NCBI GenBank assembly: GCA_964658305.1
Contig: OZ210885.1
Location: forward strand, 6,324,001-6,388,000
Length of the DNA: 64,000 nucleotides
Direction of reading: 5' to 3'
Origin: Leptogorgia sarmentosa
Lineage: Eukaryota
The notes beneath the pieces are model-generated. The model was not told where the DNA came from. It worked only from the letters and a program-made list of their open reading frames with translations, and made no database searches. Every line of letters begins with the position of its first letter. The first letter of the stretch is position 1. This document shows, piece after piece, positions 1-13,374 of the stretch. The position numbers were made by a program, and so were the translations under genes.

Positions 1-502
1 CATCTTTCTCAACAACTGAAATCACTGTTCAAAATTTCAATGTTATCACGGAATATCACCTCAAGAAGCTTTTATGCTTAACTTGAATTGAGGGCAGCAT
101 GACGGCTTTCCAACTACGTACAACCTACTCCTTGTGACTACTTGTAGTGTGACTACGTACATATTGAAATGAGTCATTTTACGAAGCAAAACAACCTAAC
201 TCAGGTCACTTCTAGTAAAATCTCAAGCAATCAGGAATTCAACATTTTCTTTGAAGTCATAAAATGACTCCTTTCAATACCTCAAAATCATTTAACGCTT
301 CATTAAATCCCGGATAAGTGGGATCATATAAACAGCCTCTAAGACTATTCAAATTGGACAAAACGCTCAGGGATCATTATTGAGCATTAAAATACGAATA
401 AGTAATGCAGTTGATGAATAAATAATGATTTGCCGTGTATAAAACGCCGCGTCTCCCGTGCTATATGCCATAATTTGTGCTGATCGCCACGACGATATTG
501 GA

Positions 503-2958
503 ATGCTGGATAAAGAAGAATATAAAGAAACCCAAAAAGAAGATAACGAAACCGAACAGATGGCCCAACGACCTGTTCGCCCACCGCAACGACACGAAGA
601 AGATTAACCCAATCCAATACCACGGCAGGAGCCTGTGCTATTTCACAACTTGCCGGGTCCACCTGGTGTCGTTAATCCGAATCCTCCTCAAGAGGACCAG
701 CCGCAGGCACCAAATTTGGAGGTAATTATGTTGTCTATTTCATGCTAGATGAGTTTTCTAGCACAGCCCAGGTGGTTTGTGGAAGTTCTTCATGTGTGGT
801 CTCAGTGTTTTGAGTTTCGTCTGTTTGGTTGGGGTTTTAGTTCGGTGGGGTTTCTCGCCTATCTAGCGCTATAACTTCGTAGGTTTGCCTGAGCAGCTAT
901 ATTAGTTGGGTGGTTTTATCTCCTCATGGGTTGCATGAGCGGTTTTCACTTAGTTTGTATCTTTATTGTATGAATTGGTGTTCGCGGGGGAATTGTGTAT
1001 CGCCCAAGCAATGGCTTCCCCAAGCTTCGCGTTTACCGGGCAGTATTAGTGTTCTGACAAGGGTAGATTGTTTCAGACCGTGCACGAGCACCGAGCGAAC
1101 GTGAGTTTGCTCATATCGTTAAATTGATATTGAGACATGTGCTTCTGGCAATGTTCGATTGCTTCAGACCGTGCACGAGGATCGAGCGACCTTGAAGTCG
1201 CTAATGTCGTTCAATTGGTATATTGAGAGATGTGTTTCTGGCAATGTTAGATTGCTTCAGACCGTGCACAGGGACCGAGTGACCTTGAAGTCGCTAATAT
1301 CGGTAAATTGGTATATTGAGATGTGCTTCTGGCAATGTTAGATTGCTTCAGACCGTGCACGAGGACAGAGTGACCTTGAAGTCGCTAATATCGGTAAATT
1401 GGTATATTGAGAGATGTGCTTCTGGCAATGTTAGATTGCTTCAGACCGTGCACGAGGACCGAGTGACCTTGAAGTCGTCAATATCGTTGAATTGGTATAT
1501 TCAGGGATGTGCTTCTGGCAATGTTCGATTGCTTCAGACCGGGCACATGTACCGACGGAACTTGAATGTGCTAATATCGGTAAATTGATATTGAGATGTG
1601 TTTCTGGCAATGCTAGATTGCTTCAGACCGTGACGAGGCCCATTGAACTTGCATTTGCTAATATAGCTAAATTGATATTGAGAGGTGCTTCTGGCAATGT
1701 TAGATTGCTTCAGGCCGTGACGAGGCCGATTGAACTTGAATTGGCTAATATCGTCAAATTCATATTGAGATGTGCTTCTGGCACTGTTCGATTGCTTCAG
1801 ACCGTGACGAGGCCGATTGAACTTGAATTGGCTAATATCGTAAAATTCATATTGAGATGTGCTTCTGGCAATGCTAGATTGCTTCAGACCGTGACGAGGC
1901 CGATTGAACTTGAATTGGCTAATAGCGTCAAATTGATCTTGAGATGTGGTTCTGGCAATGTTAAATTGCTTCAGACCGTGACGAGGCTGATTGAACTTGA
2001 ATTGGCTAATAGCGTAAAATTGATCTTGAGATGTGCTTCGGCCACTGCTAGTTTGCGTCAGACTGTGCACGAGGACGGAGTGAACTTGAACTTGCTAATA
2101 TCGTTAAATGTGATATTGAGACATGTGCTTCTGGAAATGTTAGCTTGCTTCCGACTGTGCCAGCGTACCGAGTGAACTTGAATTCGCTGATATCGTGAAA
2201 TTGGTCTATTAAAACATGTGCTTCTCGTACTGTTAGAGTGCCTCAGACCATACACACATATCTATGGCCTTGGAAATCCCAACTTCGTTGGTATATGAGC
2301 ATGTGTAACTATAGCATGGGAGATTGCTAATTTAAGTGGGGTACGGTATTGACAGAGGTGTTTCTAGTCATGTTAGAGTTGTGTTGACTAGGCACGCGTG
2401 CCCGCGGAATTTGACTTGCCCACTAACTTAACCTACGGTATGAGATACATGCGTTAACACGCTCGTATGTTGTTATAGAATCGCGTGCGGGAAATGCAAC
2501 AACGCCTTGAACAACTCCAGAATATTGCTCAAGTATCATCAGTTGACCAGGCGGTATTGTTGGTGAGACAGTTGGCATCGCGTCCCATTGCGGTGTTCGA
2601 TCCCTATGCCCTTGTGGGTGCATTAGAGAATCTGGAAGATGTTGCGCGTCGCTCCGCCCACAAAGATGTACGAAAATATGCCGCTGTGCTCGCCAACTGC
2701 AAACGGCTTCCCATGACGCCACAGATGGCTGATTTCGTTATCCAAGTCTTGGGTGACGACGTGAAGAAGGAAGTGGCTAAGACGATGGTGAAAGTCTATA
2801 AAGCGCCAAGGAATGCCCCACATGCTTTGCTTCCGCCCCCACTCCGTCTGAATCCCTATCCCCCGGTCCCTCGTCCTCAGCCTCCTCAGATGAGAGTACG
2901 CTGCTTTCAGTGCCGGCGTCTAGGCCATTTTGCGCGTAACTGTCCACAGAGAAAGTGA
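503..2958 (+). pseudogene. Spliced gag-like gene of the DIRS element: exon 503-721, intron 722-2478, exon 2479-2958
   Basis: GAG|GTAATT donor at 721/722 and TTATAG|AAT acceptor at 2478/2479 join in frame (QAPNLE|NRVREMQQRLEQLQ). C-terminal CFQCRRLGHFARNC zinc knuckle. In-frame TAA at 605-607. Confidence 0.6.
1065..2260. repeat. Tandem minisatellite, about 13 copies of an 87-93 bp unit
   Basis: The core GCTTCTGGCAATGTTAGATTGCTTCAGACCGTG (or a variant) recurs at about 1141, 1234, 1325, 1418, 1511, 1600, 1687, 1774, 1861, 1948, 2035, 2127 and 2220. Confidence 0.95.
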
Positions 2959-3144
2959 TATCTAGGTTACTGCTGTGATACGTTCGTGTTGTGTTAGTTC
3001 ATAATGTTGTTAGTAAAGGATGAATCATAAATCGGATATACAATGAACGTTTGCATTTGGGTTATCTGTGTCTATTTTCTGGTTTGTTACTATTCTTACC
3101 GTTGACTGGCGGGGGATAACTTTCCCAGGGCTATCTAAAGCTCT

Positions 3145-4849
3145 TTGTGTTCGACTCTCGCAGTTGGGCCGGGACTGTTGCCCCCTTCTGGTCATTCGGA
3201 AGATGCCGTTATCATTTATTTTGTCCCCTTCCATTCTTTTCTATCTCAGCCACCCGTTAAACGTTATCGTTTTCAAACGTTCCTCGTGCCCGAGTGGGAA
3301 GCTGCCGCTACAATTGAGTTTTCCCCACTGGCAGCCGTTGAGCATTTTAAGACCCGCGAGATTCGATGGAAACATCTTCCGGCGACCAGTTCTGGGGCAG
3401 CAGTTGCCAGGTACTCATCAGTTCCTCCGTCTGATGAGTCTCTTGGTTCACCCGCGAAGTCCTGTGAGTTACTTGTCCGTGACCCTAACACATTTCGTGC
3501 GGGTGAAATTCATAACCACCCCGAGGTTTGGGGCCGACTGTCTGCAGCGTTACCCAACAACGCCGAAATTATGAGTTGGATAACGAACCGGGTTTCTGTT
3601 CAGAACTACTGGGCTCATTTTCGTGGAGATTTTGGTGGTGTTACATATCAATCTGATACGCCGGTGCTCAGGATATTTCAGAACAATGTCTCGTGCAAAC
3701 CGTTCACAGATTTTATTTCACGCACTATTTGTGAACGCATTGAGGTCGGGCGGTTGGTGTAATTGGTCGAGTGGGGGAATGTCCACCACCTCTTTTAGTC
3801 ATGCCTCTGACGGTTGAGAACCACAGAAACCTCGACTGTGCCAAGATCAGCGTTATCTTAATTCGTGGATGAAAGACATGCCTTTCAGTCTAGATTCTGT
3901 GATTGATCTGACTCGCTACGTTGACCGGGATCATTACCAGTTTTCTATTCTTCGGGAAAGTATTCTATCCCGGAAGTATGTGACGATTGTCTCCCTCCAG
4001 AAACTGATTGGAAAATGCGTGTCGTTCAGTTTGGTTGTTCCTGCCGCAAAATTATTTACTCGGGCAATGAATATTGCCATGACCAAGGCTATGCGATCTC
4101 GCCAGCTTATCAAGATCCAGGGTCCACTGCGTGAGGAAATTTTGTATTGGCGGTTCCTGGACAAGTGGACAGAACATATGACCTGGCGTGAGGAACGGCA
4201 TCTTACTATTTCAGTTGCATCGGATGCCTCAGGTTCTGGCTGGGGTGGCACATTGTTGGGTGACCGTGGTTGTGTCGTTGAGGAAGTTCGCGATTCCTGG
4301 ACTGAACCTATGCTGTCACAACCTATTCATGTTAAGGAGTCCGTTGCGCTTTTACGTACACTTTTAGCCTTGGCTGATGAGGTACGTAATCATCGTGTTG
4401 ATGTCCATGTAGATTCGCGTATACTTCTTGATTGTTGGCAGCGTCAGTATACTCGATCCCCGGATATGTTGAGTGCATTGAAAGAGCTCTTTTGGGTGAC
4501 GGTGCGGCTTAATATCAGTCTTTCTTTGAAGTATATTCTGACTACTCAGAATCCCGCGGATGCGCCGTCTCGTCACATGTCGGATCAAGATTGTTCACTT
4601 TCACCTTGTATGTGGTTCACTGTCCAATGCGTATTTGGAGGGGTGAATGGGCACACGGTCGACCTTATGGCGCTGAATTCGAACACCCAGCGGGATCTTC
4701 GGGGTAATCCACTTCCTCAATTTTCGGCTATCGCGACCCCCAGGGCTCTTGCAGTTAATCTATTCTCTCAGAATATTTCGGTTGATGCAAGTCCCATTTT
4801 TTCGCGGTGTTATGTCTTCCCACCGTTTTCACTTATTCTGCTGCATTAA
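3145..4849 (+). pseudogene. DIRS RT / RNase H / methyltransferase-like polyprotein, frameshifted and missing the RT catalytic core
   Basis: FRAGEIHNH...NNVSCKPF, KPRLCQDQRYLNSWM, SLQKLIGKCVSF, SDASGSGWG, IHVKE, VDSR, NPADAPSR, FPPFSLI. No YxDD between YQ and FSILRE. Confidence 0.85.
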
Positions 4850-6345
4850 CTGTTGAAAAAGCAAGGAGAGACCAAGCAATCGAACGGATATATGCACTGG
4901 CAGTTGAAAGGATGTTTTTGCTGTCTCTTAAGCGGAAATACGCAGGTATACACCTACCCCTATGTATGTACAGTTGCAGCTCTTGTAGGCAGGGGCGTAG
5001 GAAGCACATTTAGGTTGGGGGGGCCATTAACTTCTAGGGCACTTGCCTGGTGAAAAGGGCATTTGACATTGACGCGTATTATTGTATAATGTTAAAATAA
5101 ACTATACCTTACATGTAAATGACACATAGAAACCAGTTTTACCGTTCTATAGTGTAAAATTTTCCAAAAAACCTTAATCAGCGTTCGTTTTTTTTCAACA
5201 AATTCTTTTGCTATTGTCTTGAGGCAAATGAAATCCGTTCTTTCTTTGTGCATATTGAGCATCAAAAGGTTATTGTACCGCTTTATTGATGGGCACTTTT
5301 CTCAACTTACAGCTCATTTAAAAAACGTTTCCACAATGAAAAAGGACACTTTACCTCAAAGAAAAAGGGCATTTTGGTGTGATTTTTAAAGTTGGGGGGG
5401 CCTTGGCCCCCTTGGCCCCGGTTCCTACGCCCCTGCTTGTAGGAAATGTTTGAATAGGAGATAATTGTTGTCGTTTGAAGCAACTTTTCCATCTCTGTAG
5501 AATATAGCAAAATCCGTACACTACACGATCATCATAATTATATACATTTAGAAGACATTCGGGAATTAAGTATTACCTAAGTATTACTTTGGATCGACAC
5601 CCTTCCGCGGTCTTCTGTTTTATATTGATGATGTTAAATTTATGAATGTTGTATTATCGTTTTTTGTGAGATGCCCAAGCGATAGCAGCTAAGTTATCAA
5701 AACAGATAACACAAAGGACCAACGGAATTAAAGTCTCTGTAGAGAAATATAACGCCTCCCTGTCTTCCTGGAAAGAGAAAGTAGATGGAATGCCTGAACC
5801 ACTGAAATTCGATGACGTTAAGGATCCTCAGTGTAGCATATTTGCCAATTTCAGAGGAAACTCGTCCAATCAAGATGGTGTACCATTTTCTGTAAAGCGA
5901 AATGTGATTGATTTATCACTTGATTGAAAGATGCAAGGAAGAGGTGTCCTATTTAAATATGGAAATAGTGAGGCTTGTTAAATACTATGAAAACCGAGTA
6001 TCTGTATTGGAAAGGTTTCTTCATTCACATGTGGACGATACATCTGTTTATATCAAAGGAATGAAGTGTGTTGCTAGAAGGCAAATTCGCGAGGAAAGAA
6101 ATAAACTGTGCGGTCTTGGCTCAATATTCAAGGACAATCTTCCTATGGAATTCCAGTCTTCTTTACCAGAGTGTGAATTTAAGTTCAAAGCAACTCGGAC
6201 GCTCAATGTGTTCAGCGCGGAAATCTACACTAACTCGGAAGAACTTGAAATAGTAAACAGTGATAATGATGATATAAACGACAAAGACCATGATGAAGAA
6301 TTTGCCCTTGTACTGGATCTCTCAGATGACGAAGAATATATTTAG
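4836..6345 (+). pseudogene. 3' fragment of a KDZ (Kyakuja-Dileera-Zisupton)-like transposase gene, two exons (about 4836-4945 and 5670-6345)
   Basis: ERMFLLSLKRKYA|DAQAIAAKLSKQIT...VEKYN...KRNVID/LYHLIERCKEEVSYLNME resembles the C-terminal helical region of CxC-KDZ proteins. Frameshift near 5910. Recognised by eye only. Confidence 0.5.
4990..5435. mobile_element. hAT-type MITE (446 bp)
   Basis: 14-bp TIR CAGGGGCGTAGGAA / TTCCTACGCCCCTG; 8-bp TSD CTTGTAGG at 4982-4989 and 5436-5443. Confidence 0.92.
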
Positions 6346-6576
6346 ATAGTTTAAAAAGAGTTGTAAAAGGGGGCAAAAACATTTCCCTTGTGTTTTCGTG
6401 TTAGTGAATGCAGCATCGAAAAACGATTTCTTTAAATACATGATTTGTAATATTGATAATTTGTGCTGCATATTGTAAAATATCAAAACTGATGTTTTGA
6501 AACTAAATTATTCACTCGTTTTAGTGGGGCCCCCAAATGAGCGACCCCTTGGAATAAGTGCCGCGTGTATCTAAAA

Positions 6577-6681
6577 CAGTACAGTAGCGTAGCCAGCCCG
6601 ACGATTTAGTCCCGCTATGCATGTATCTTGAGTTAAAATACTGTGAAGCGGGACTAAATTGTCGGGCTGGCTACGCCACTG
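6577..6681. mobile_element. Very short hAT-type MITE (about 100 bp)
   Basis: About 35-bp inverted repeats at 6582-6616 and 6647-6681; near-TSD ATCTAAAA / ATCTGAAA. Confidence 0.75.
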
Positions 6682-8455
6682 ATCTGAAACCCTAGAAATT
6701 TACTAGAAAACAGTCATATAATAAATCATTTTTAACTCTTATGTGGTATGCGCTAGTTGGTCACTTTCCCTATCACTACCCAGCAGCCAGTAGGGTTAGG
6801 ACTAAGGCTGTTTTTAGGATCACATTTAGATAGAGATTAGGTTTTTGGATTGCCATTTGATTGTCGTATTCATTTTTTCCTTACCAAACCTATTGTGCTT
6901 AGTAGAAATTTCAGTTGCCCAACCATTTCTCTTCGACCTTAACTCTAGGCATAACAACTGACCGACCGACACCTAATACAAAATACGTACATACATGCAT
7001 CTTCCGACACGCACTTTTTGTTTTTATAAGGTTTTGAAAATTAACATTCCAATTTTCATTCATCTTTTAATCTTCACCATCAAACCGTATAAAGAATTCG
7101 AATTGAAGTTCATTAATGTAGAGAATACTATATGCGCGAACAAAGGCGTATTAAATTGGAGTGGGTGGGGGGTTACGGTAGTTTTTATCCAGGTAAAGTT
7201 GTCGGCGCTGGACTAGTATTGAGAGTCTCATGCACCTTTTTTAATGTTTCCTATAATTAAATTAATGAGGTTAACTAGTATTACTTGTTTGCAATCACGT
7301 GACTTTTCGCCCAAATGACGGGCAATTCAACAATGTGTGCACAATTTTTCTCAGCATCTGAGGGGTTGTAGCGAGATAAACTAAACGGTAACACATCTAT
7401 CAAGACTTAAAACGTCTCAAACTCTTAAATGTTTCTAATGGATTGAATTTTGTCATAGTTGCCCGTCAACTGAAATTCCAAATCCATGTCCTTGCAAACG
7501 ACCAATTAGGTCTCATACATCCACAATGATCTTGATGTTGCATATGTTTGTAATTATTCAAAGTAAAAAATTCCGGCAGCGCACCATTAGCATTAATAAA
7601 CATATCGATATGCACATTACTTAAATGTGCAGCATTGATTACCCCAACTGTACTGCATCATTTGTAAAACCACACCTAACAACTATGATGCTCTTTGCAA
7701 TACAACGACCTGTGTATGACGTCATAGTTTACTAGGTTTCAAATCAACAAGCAAACATTGCGCGCCACAATACGCTCTATACTGATTTTTTTGCTTATCT
7801 GACGCCCAACGACTTTACTTGATCAGTATCGGCAAACTGCAGCTAGTAATGGTTGGGACGCGTGCATATAGATAAACTCGTTCAAGATTGAAAATTAAGA
7901 AATATTATTATTAGAAACACTCGTGAAACTATTGAAAACATATACGGCGCATTTATGAGTTGTAAATAATATAAATAAATTCTTCATTTATACGATCTCT
8001 AAATTGAGAACATTTTGCAGCACCGTTTAACGTAGTGTCAGCACCCTTTGAGGGGTGGTAAGACCATAGGCCATAGGGTAAGACTCGGCCCAAGCTTCTG
8101 ATCTCGAGTGTTGTGCTCGTTTTTCGAATTCAGAGTATTTGAGTATTCCGTCAATTCAGTTCGTTTTATTAAACTTTGAAGAAATAATACTTTCATTGAA
8201 CGGTGAAGTAACACAGAAAGAATATGTAGCTGAAACGAAAATGGCAGAATCTTTAAATTCAACTGAGGGGTCCCATAAGGTATCAGATCTTCGTCGTATA
8301 CGTACACAATGGTAAGAAGCAAAATATGTGAAATATAATATTTGTTTTCTTTTGTGGAAACTATTATGGGTGGGAATGGTTGAAAATACACCTCCTGAAG
8401 TTAGTTCTGTATGGCGAATATCTAGAAATAGAACTACTATTGTTTACATTTTTAG

Positions 8456-9818
8456 GTTGTCAATGTTATTCATTCAAGATATGTCATCTCGTGTAAAATG
8501 CTCGGAGGTATTGGCGGAGTTAACAAGCAAATTTGAAGGAATTTCAAAAAGAGAATGTGGCTTTGTTGTTCGTGAATGTTTTTCAGCTACAAGAAGGATC
8601 CACAGTAACCACATTTATTACTACACAGGAATTCGTCGTATAACAACAAATGAATATTCAAATGAAGTACCAACACATGTGAATATAAATAAGGGTATGT
8701 AATATAATTAGGTCATTTCATAAATTTTCATTTAATACCCACACACCCCTGTGGATGATAGTTCCTACATAAAATTTTCCCCTACACCCCCGACAGGAAA
8801 AATATCAAATTCAAAGGCTGTTAACATTGTCACACCCCCATTCATTCAGAAATTAAGCTCGGGCAAACCTTTAGGAAATTTCATCCTCATTTGGTGGGGT
8901 TTTGCATATCAAAAGGGAATGGCCCTATGTGCTACTTGCTGATACACGATTACTATTAGTGTCCCAGATAGCCTTCAATTATTTCAACCGGTAGACTATC
9001 AATTTGTTTGTTTATAAAATATGCTAATATTGTTAAAACCAAAATGATTATTATATTCTTTCAGCTGAGGTGCAAGATTCATTATCCTCATCAGGCTCAC
9101 TGCTATGTGAAATACCACGTTGCATGCATGTCAACCGATTTGAACTCCTACCTTCTCCAAATGGAAATGGACAAAGTACTTATAACTTTCCTAATGGCAA
9201 TTTTAAACATCTTACGCTGCAGTACTTCAGAGGATATCCAGTTGCTGTTAGACATTACCAAACATGCATTGTGAATGAAGCAAAAGCATTGCTTAGTTTA
9301 CTATCACATCATTGTTTTCCAGAGCTTATTGGTGTGTGTTGTGAGCAAAAGCCATATCTATTAATTACACTATTCTATGGCAATACAAGAAAAGAAGTGT
9401 ACAAGGGTTGTTGGAAAGTGATGTTAATGATCTTCAGCAATGGGCAACAATTCTGTTCAATGTTGCACAAGGATTGCTTTTGATGCATTCTTGTGGATTT
9501 GTGCATGGTGATCTCAAAGCTGAGAACATAATAATGAGGAAGAAGGAAAAGAACAGCAAACTGTCACAACCTGTGTTTTTGAACCTGGACAAGGTCAAGT
9601 CATTGGATAAGACAATTGACAGAAACATGTATAACCTGGACTATCAGATGTTTGGCCTTTTGATGGAAATCGTCATTTTAAAACTTGGTTGTTGTATTGC
9701 AGATAGCAGACAGTTGTCTGCATTTGACAGTGTAGTGCAGGTGGTTAAAAAAATTCCTGATGACAGCACAGACTTTGCAAATGTTGTTTCTCAGTTGCAA
9801 AGAATTTCAAAAGTGTAG
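8456..9818 (+). pseudogene. RFX-type winged-helix plus protein-kinase-like gene (exons 8456-8694 and 9065-9818), frameshift near 9400
   Basis: ECGFVVRECF..TRR....YYYTGIR is RFX-like. Kinase motifs VAVR, EAKAL, ELIGVC, LFNVAQGLLLMH, VHGDLKAENI. Phase-1 GT-AG intron joins the exons in frame. Confidence 0.65.
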
Positions 9819-10174
9819 ATGGAACAATGGTTGAACATCTTTGGGACTGTGATACACAAACGTCTCTACTACTTATTTTTTAATAAATTTTCTTCATATA
9901 ATGATGATAATTCAGACTGATGCTTGTCTACACCAGGCAAGCTGAAATATCAGCTAGACCATCAGATTTGAAACCACTGATAACCCAGGGCTGATTCACA
10001 ACACAACTGCATAAATTTATTACAATACATTTAAAAACCTTGCACCTACACTTGAATCATTTTACTGTACCATAATCATATTAATCACAATAACATGTTT
10101 CATGGAGGGTTTTCTAGTGGTGAGGGTTTGCTGAACCCACCAAAACTTTCTTTTACCCCAATTCCCTCATCAGT

Positions 10175-10374
10175 TGTTACAAACCTGCAGCAGACTTGTC
10201 ACAAACTTGTTGATTATACAGACTTGGCAATTCAACAACTTGTTAATAGGTTGAGAGTGACAAGCTTGTAGCAACTTGTCAAAATAACAACATTGTTACA
10301 ACTTGTTGACAGGCTTGTTACAACCTTGTTGCGAACACATCTTGTTGACAATTTGTGAGATTTTTACGTGTGTA
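10175..10374. repeat. End fragment of a non-autonomous DNA transposon, rich in ACAACTTGT/ACAAGTTGT motifs
   Basis: Repeated CAACTTGT-like motifs ending in ATTTTTACGTGTGTA. Confidence 0.55.
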
Positions 10375-11505
10375 GTCCAGAAAACAGCACTTTATGCCCA
10401 ATGAAATTATCTTCCCCACTCCTGTTTAGAAAAATGCCCTTGGGAAGTTCTTTAGCAATAACTTTCAAGGATTGTACATATGGAAATTATCTCAAAATGG
10501 CAACTACAAAAACATTAAAAAAAACCTAATTTAAGCAAACTATTCGTAAAGCATTTCTTTACATTGCACGTACTGTACGCAAAATCGCATGTCCAGCATC
10601 ATTACTCCTAGAGTGTTTCCAGTTCAGCCTTTCCGTTCATGAAACCATGTTTTTCCAAGCAAGTAAGGATACTTCTATGAAAAATACCAGATATGCTGGT
10701 CAAACTCTTGTCTTTCAGTGGCAACTTGCGTCATATGAATAATGGTACCCGACCAAGTATGTTCTTTTGCGTATCATTTAAACAGATAATGCTTATTCCA
10801 TTCACAGATACTTTTTTCTTTCCAAGAACCAGTTCGTACAGGTTTTCGTTCCTCTTATTTAGCCAGTAGCCCCATATCTTCTGGTCATCACAAAGCTGCT
10901 TAACTTCTGATAACTTGCCAGGGTAATAAAAGAGCCAATATTCTCCAGCAGATAATGTGTACGTAGGAAGAATATAGCCTTCATGGTTATAACAGCTCTC
11001 GTTGTTCGTTTTTAATGAAATCCATGCATCATCACTAAAGTACTTTGCTTTGTTTCGGGACAGCAAGTTAAACTCAATCTCACTAAGATCAAGGTCTTGC
11101 ACTTCCAGCTCGCTTTCCTCTATTAACCTTCTGCCGATACCACCTTCACTAAATTATCTTCAATGATCTTTCGTAAAACTCTCTGTAAGGTTTCATCATG
11201 ATCATTGCTGGTGGACAAACTATCACCATGTGGTTCAACATGAAATTCAATGCTATCTTGGAATCTCATAATGGCATTCACCTGATCTTTGCCATAACTG
11301 CTTGGTTTCTTGAAGGTAATGCCAGCAGGTAACCCAGTAACTGTGAAGCCGCCTTTCAAGTAAGGTACTCTAGAACCTAGAATTCCACAAGCATTGCCTA
11401 TAAAAAACGCATTCATGAAGTTAATCGCAGAACTGGTCTGCAATACTCGAGATCTTTTTCAGTATATTCTACTCTGTATTGCGAAATGGAGTAAATAGGT
11501 CTTTG

Positions 11506-11561
11506 TATATATCGTGCAATAGATATATATATATTATATATATATATTGCACGATATATAT
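11506..11561. repeat. Short foldback around a TA microsatellite
   Basis: ATATATCGTGCAATA ... TATTGCACGATATAT inverted pair. Confidence 0.7.
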
Positions 11562-13374
11562 ATTGATAGTTTCTCTTTGAATGTGATGTAGTGTGTTCTT
11601 TATTTTTTTACAAACCTTTGAATGGCACGCATGATAAATATACTGAAAGTACGTATCCTAGACCTAAAGCGATACGGAGTTATTTGACGTTTTTATTTAA
11701 AAACTCCATTTTTGTGTGTATAAATCACCCCTTACGAAAATTCAGTATACTTGCCAATTGTAGATATATTGTGCAATACCACAAGTTAAGAGGGCAATCG
11801 CCACCCTGTTGGAGTTGGGTTGCCATGACCAAGGCATGACCAAAGCTTTGCTATACACCACTTCATTTCCCAAAGCGAAAAAAAGAGAAATACTATTGGG
11901 TTACGCCCTGGTAGCACTCACTATATTTTTTATTGAACATATCTTGTACATCTTCACGAGTATATGCAGATTCATTGGCTTGTGAATCATCTAGAAAATA
12001 AATATCAGTCCTATGTTATGAATGACCAACAAAGAAAATATCACATTAAGATATTACACACACCAAAATAATCCATGAACTTCAAGGGCACTGCCTCATT
12101 CTGAATCAGGAAATGGACTCCACTTTTCGATCCAAATTGTTTGACTCCCCCAGTTTCTGGCTCTACCATGAGAACAGCTAGTACACACCCCAGGCTTTCA
12201 AGGTAAGATAACTAATTATCAAAAAAAATTCACAATTAATCATTCATATAGAAAACATTTACGAAGTGAATCTGAGAGTGTCCATGTGATGAGGTCTGTC
12301 GATGCAATAATGTCCTTCACATCCATGTTGTATCAGATATACACAACCTATTGGGCCCTTCAGCTTGATGCAACATGGCTGCTCATGTTTTACTATTCTT
12401 AAATGCAGTTACCTTTTGCATGATGTAAAATGCAATTGTATGGCAGCTAGAAGTAGTTTTTCCACAAGTTAGGCCATTTGAAGTGTCTTAGGAGGCTCAA
12501 AAATTGGGAACATATTTTAATATTTAATATATTTATGTTTACATATTGCAAGAAAAATTAACCTCCAAAGAAATGAAGAAATCCCCACACCAACTTATCA
12601 GGCAAACGACAACACAATGAGCCACATTAAACTATTTCACTATTCTACTGATGAGTAAAAATGTTAACATACCTCTTTAATAAGATTCTTTTTCCCCTTG
12701 CTGATAAGTCTTCTTCTTTCACTTGCTGTTAACATTTCTGGGTTATATTCTTCAACTGTTTTAGCTTTATCTTGCCATATTTTTCTTTCTTCTTCACTAA
12801 GAGACTGCCATTTTGTAGCAACAAAGCTCATTTTCTCTGATTTTGATGCAATTTCTTTGCACTCATCTGAAAAGAAATATTTTTCATATTATTATTTTAA
12901 TATCTTTTCCTGGGCAAAAAGTTCATATGAAGAAAATGCTGTGGTCATATTCCCTACAAAATGTCTTGTAAAAGACTCAGGTGCATTTATTTAACAAAGC
13001 AGGTTTTTTAATAAGATGAAGTGAAATATAGCAATTAGTATACTTATTATAAGGTACCGTACAGTATTTAAGTCAGCCAAAAATGTAGTAAAATGTTTCA
13101 GTACAAGTCATGCATTACAAAGTTCTATATTCATAATTTAATACATTGTTTCTGAATCTGAGTACCATGATCTATTTGGAGTCCTTGAGCCTCAATGAAA
13201 TGCATTTAATTAAATCCAGTAACCTACCGTATTAAGCTGCAGAGTTACCCCATTTACAAGTGAAATTATGTGGAAAATTGCCATGGGACAAGTTAAAAAC
13301 AATGCATTTCCTAAATTTAATGTAATCTAGTGATGACCTTCAGCTTGCTCTTATTTTTGTACAAGCTGGCAAAC

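Larger units (their letters stand above)
430..4835 (+). mobile_element. Degenerate DIRS-type (tyrosine-recombinase class) retrotransposon, 3' truncated (recombinase missing)
   Basis: gag-like ORF with a CCHC knuckle, followed by RT N-terminal motifs, RNase H (SDASGSGWG) and a DIRS-type methyltransferase-like tail (VDLMALNSN...YVFPPFSLI). Boundaries approximate. Confidence 0.8.

Noticed and set aside
1065..2260. CRISPR-like array or repeat-protein gene next to an RT
   Set aside because: Units are wholly repeated with no unique spacers, there are no cas genes and the context is eukaryotic. The ORFs arise from unit lengths divisible by 3.
9915..9950. Second hammerhead-like motif (CTGATG-stem-GAAA)
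   Set aside because: The core lacks the CUGANGA consensus, and helices I and III are not evident.
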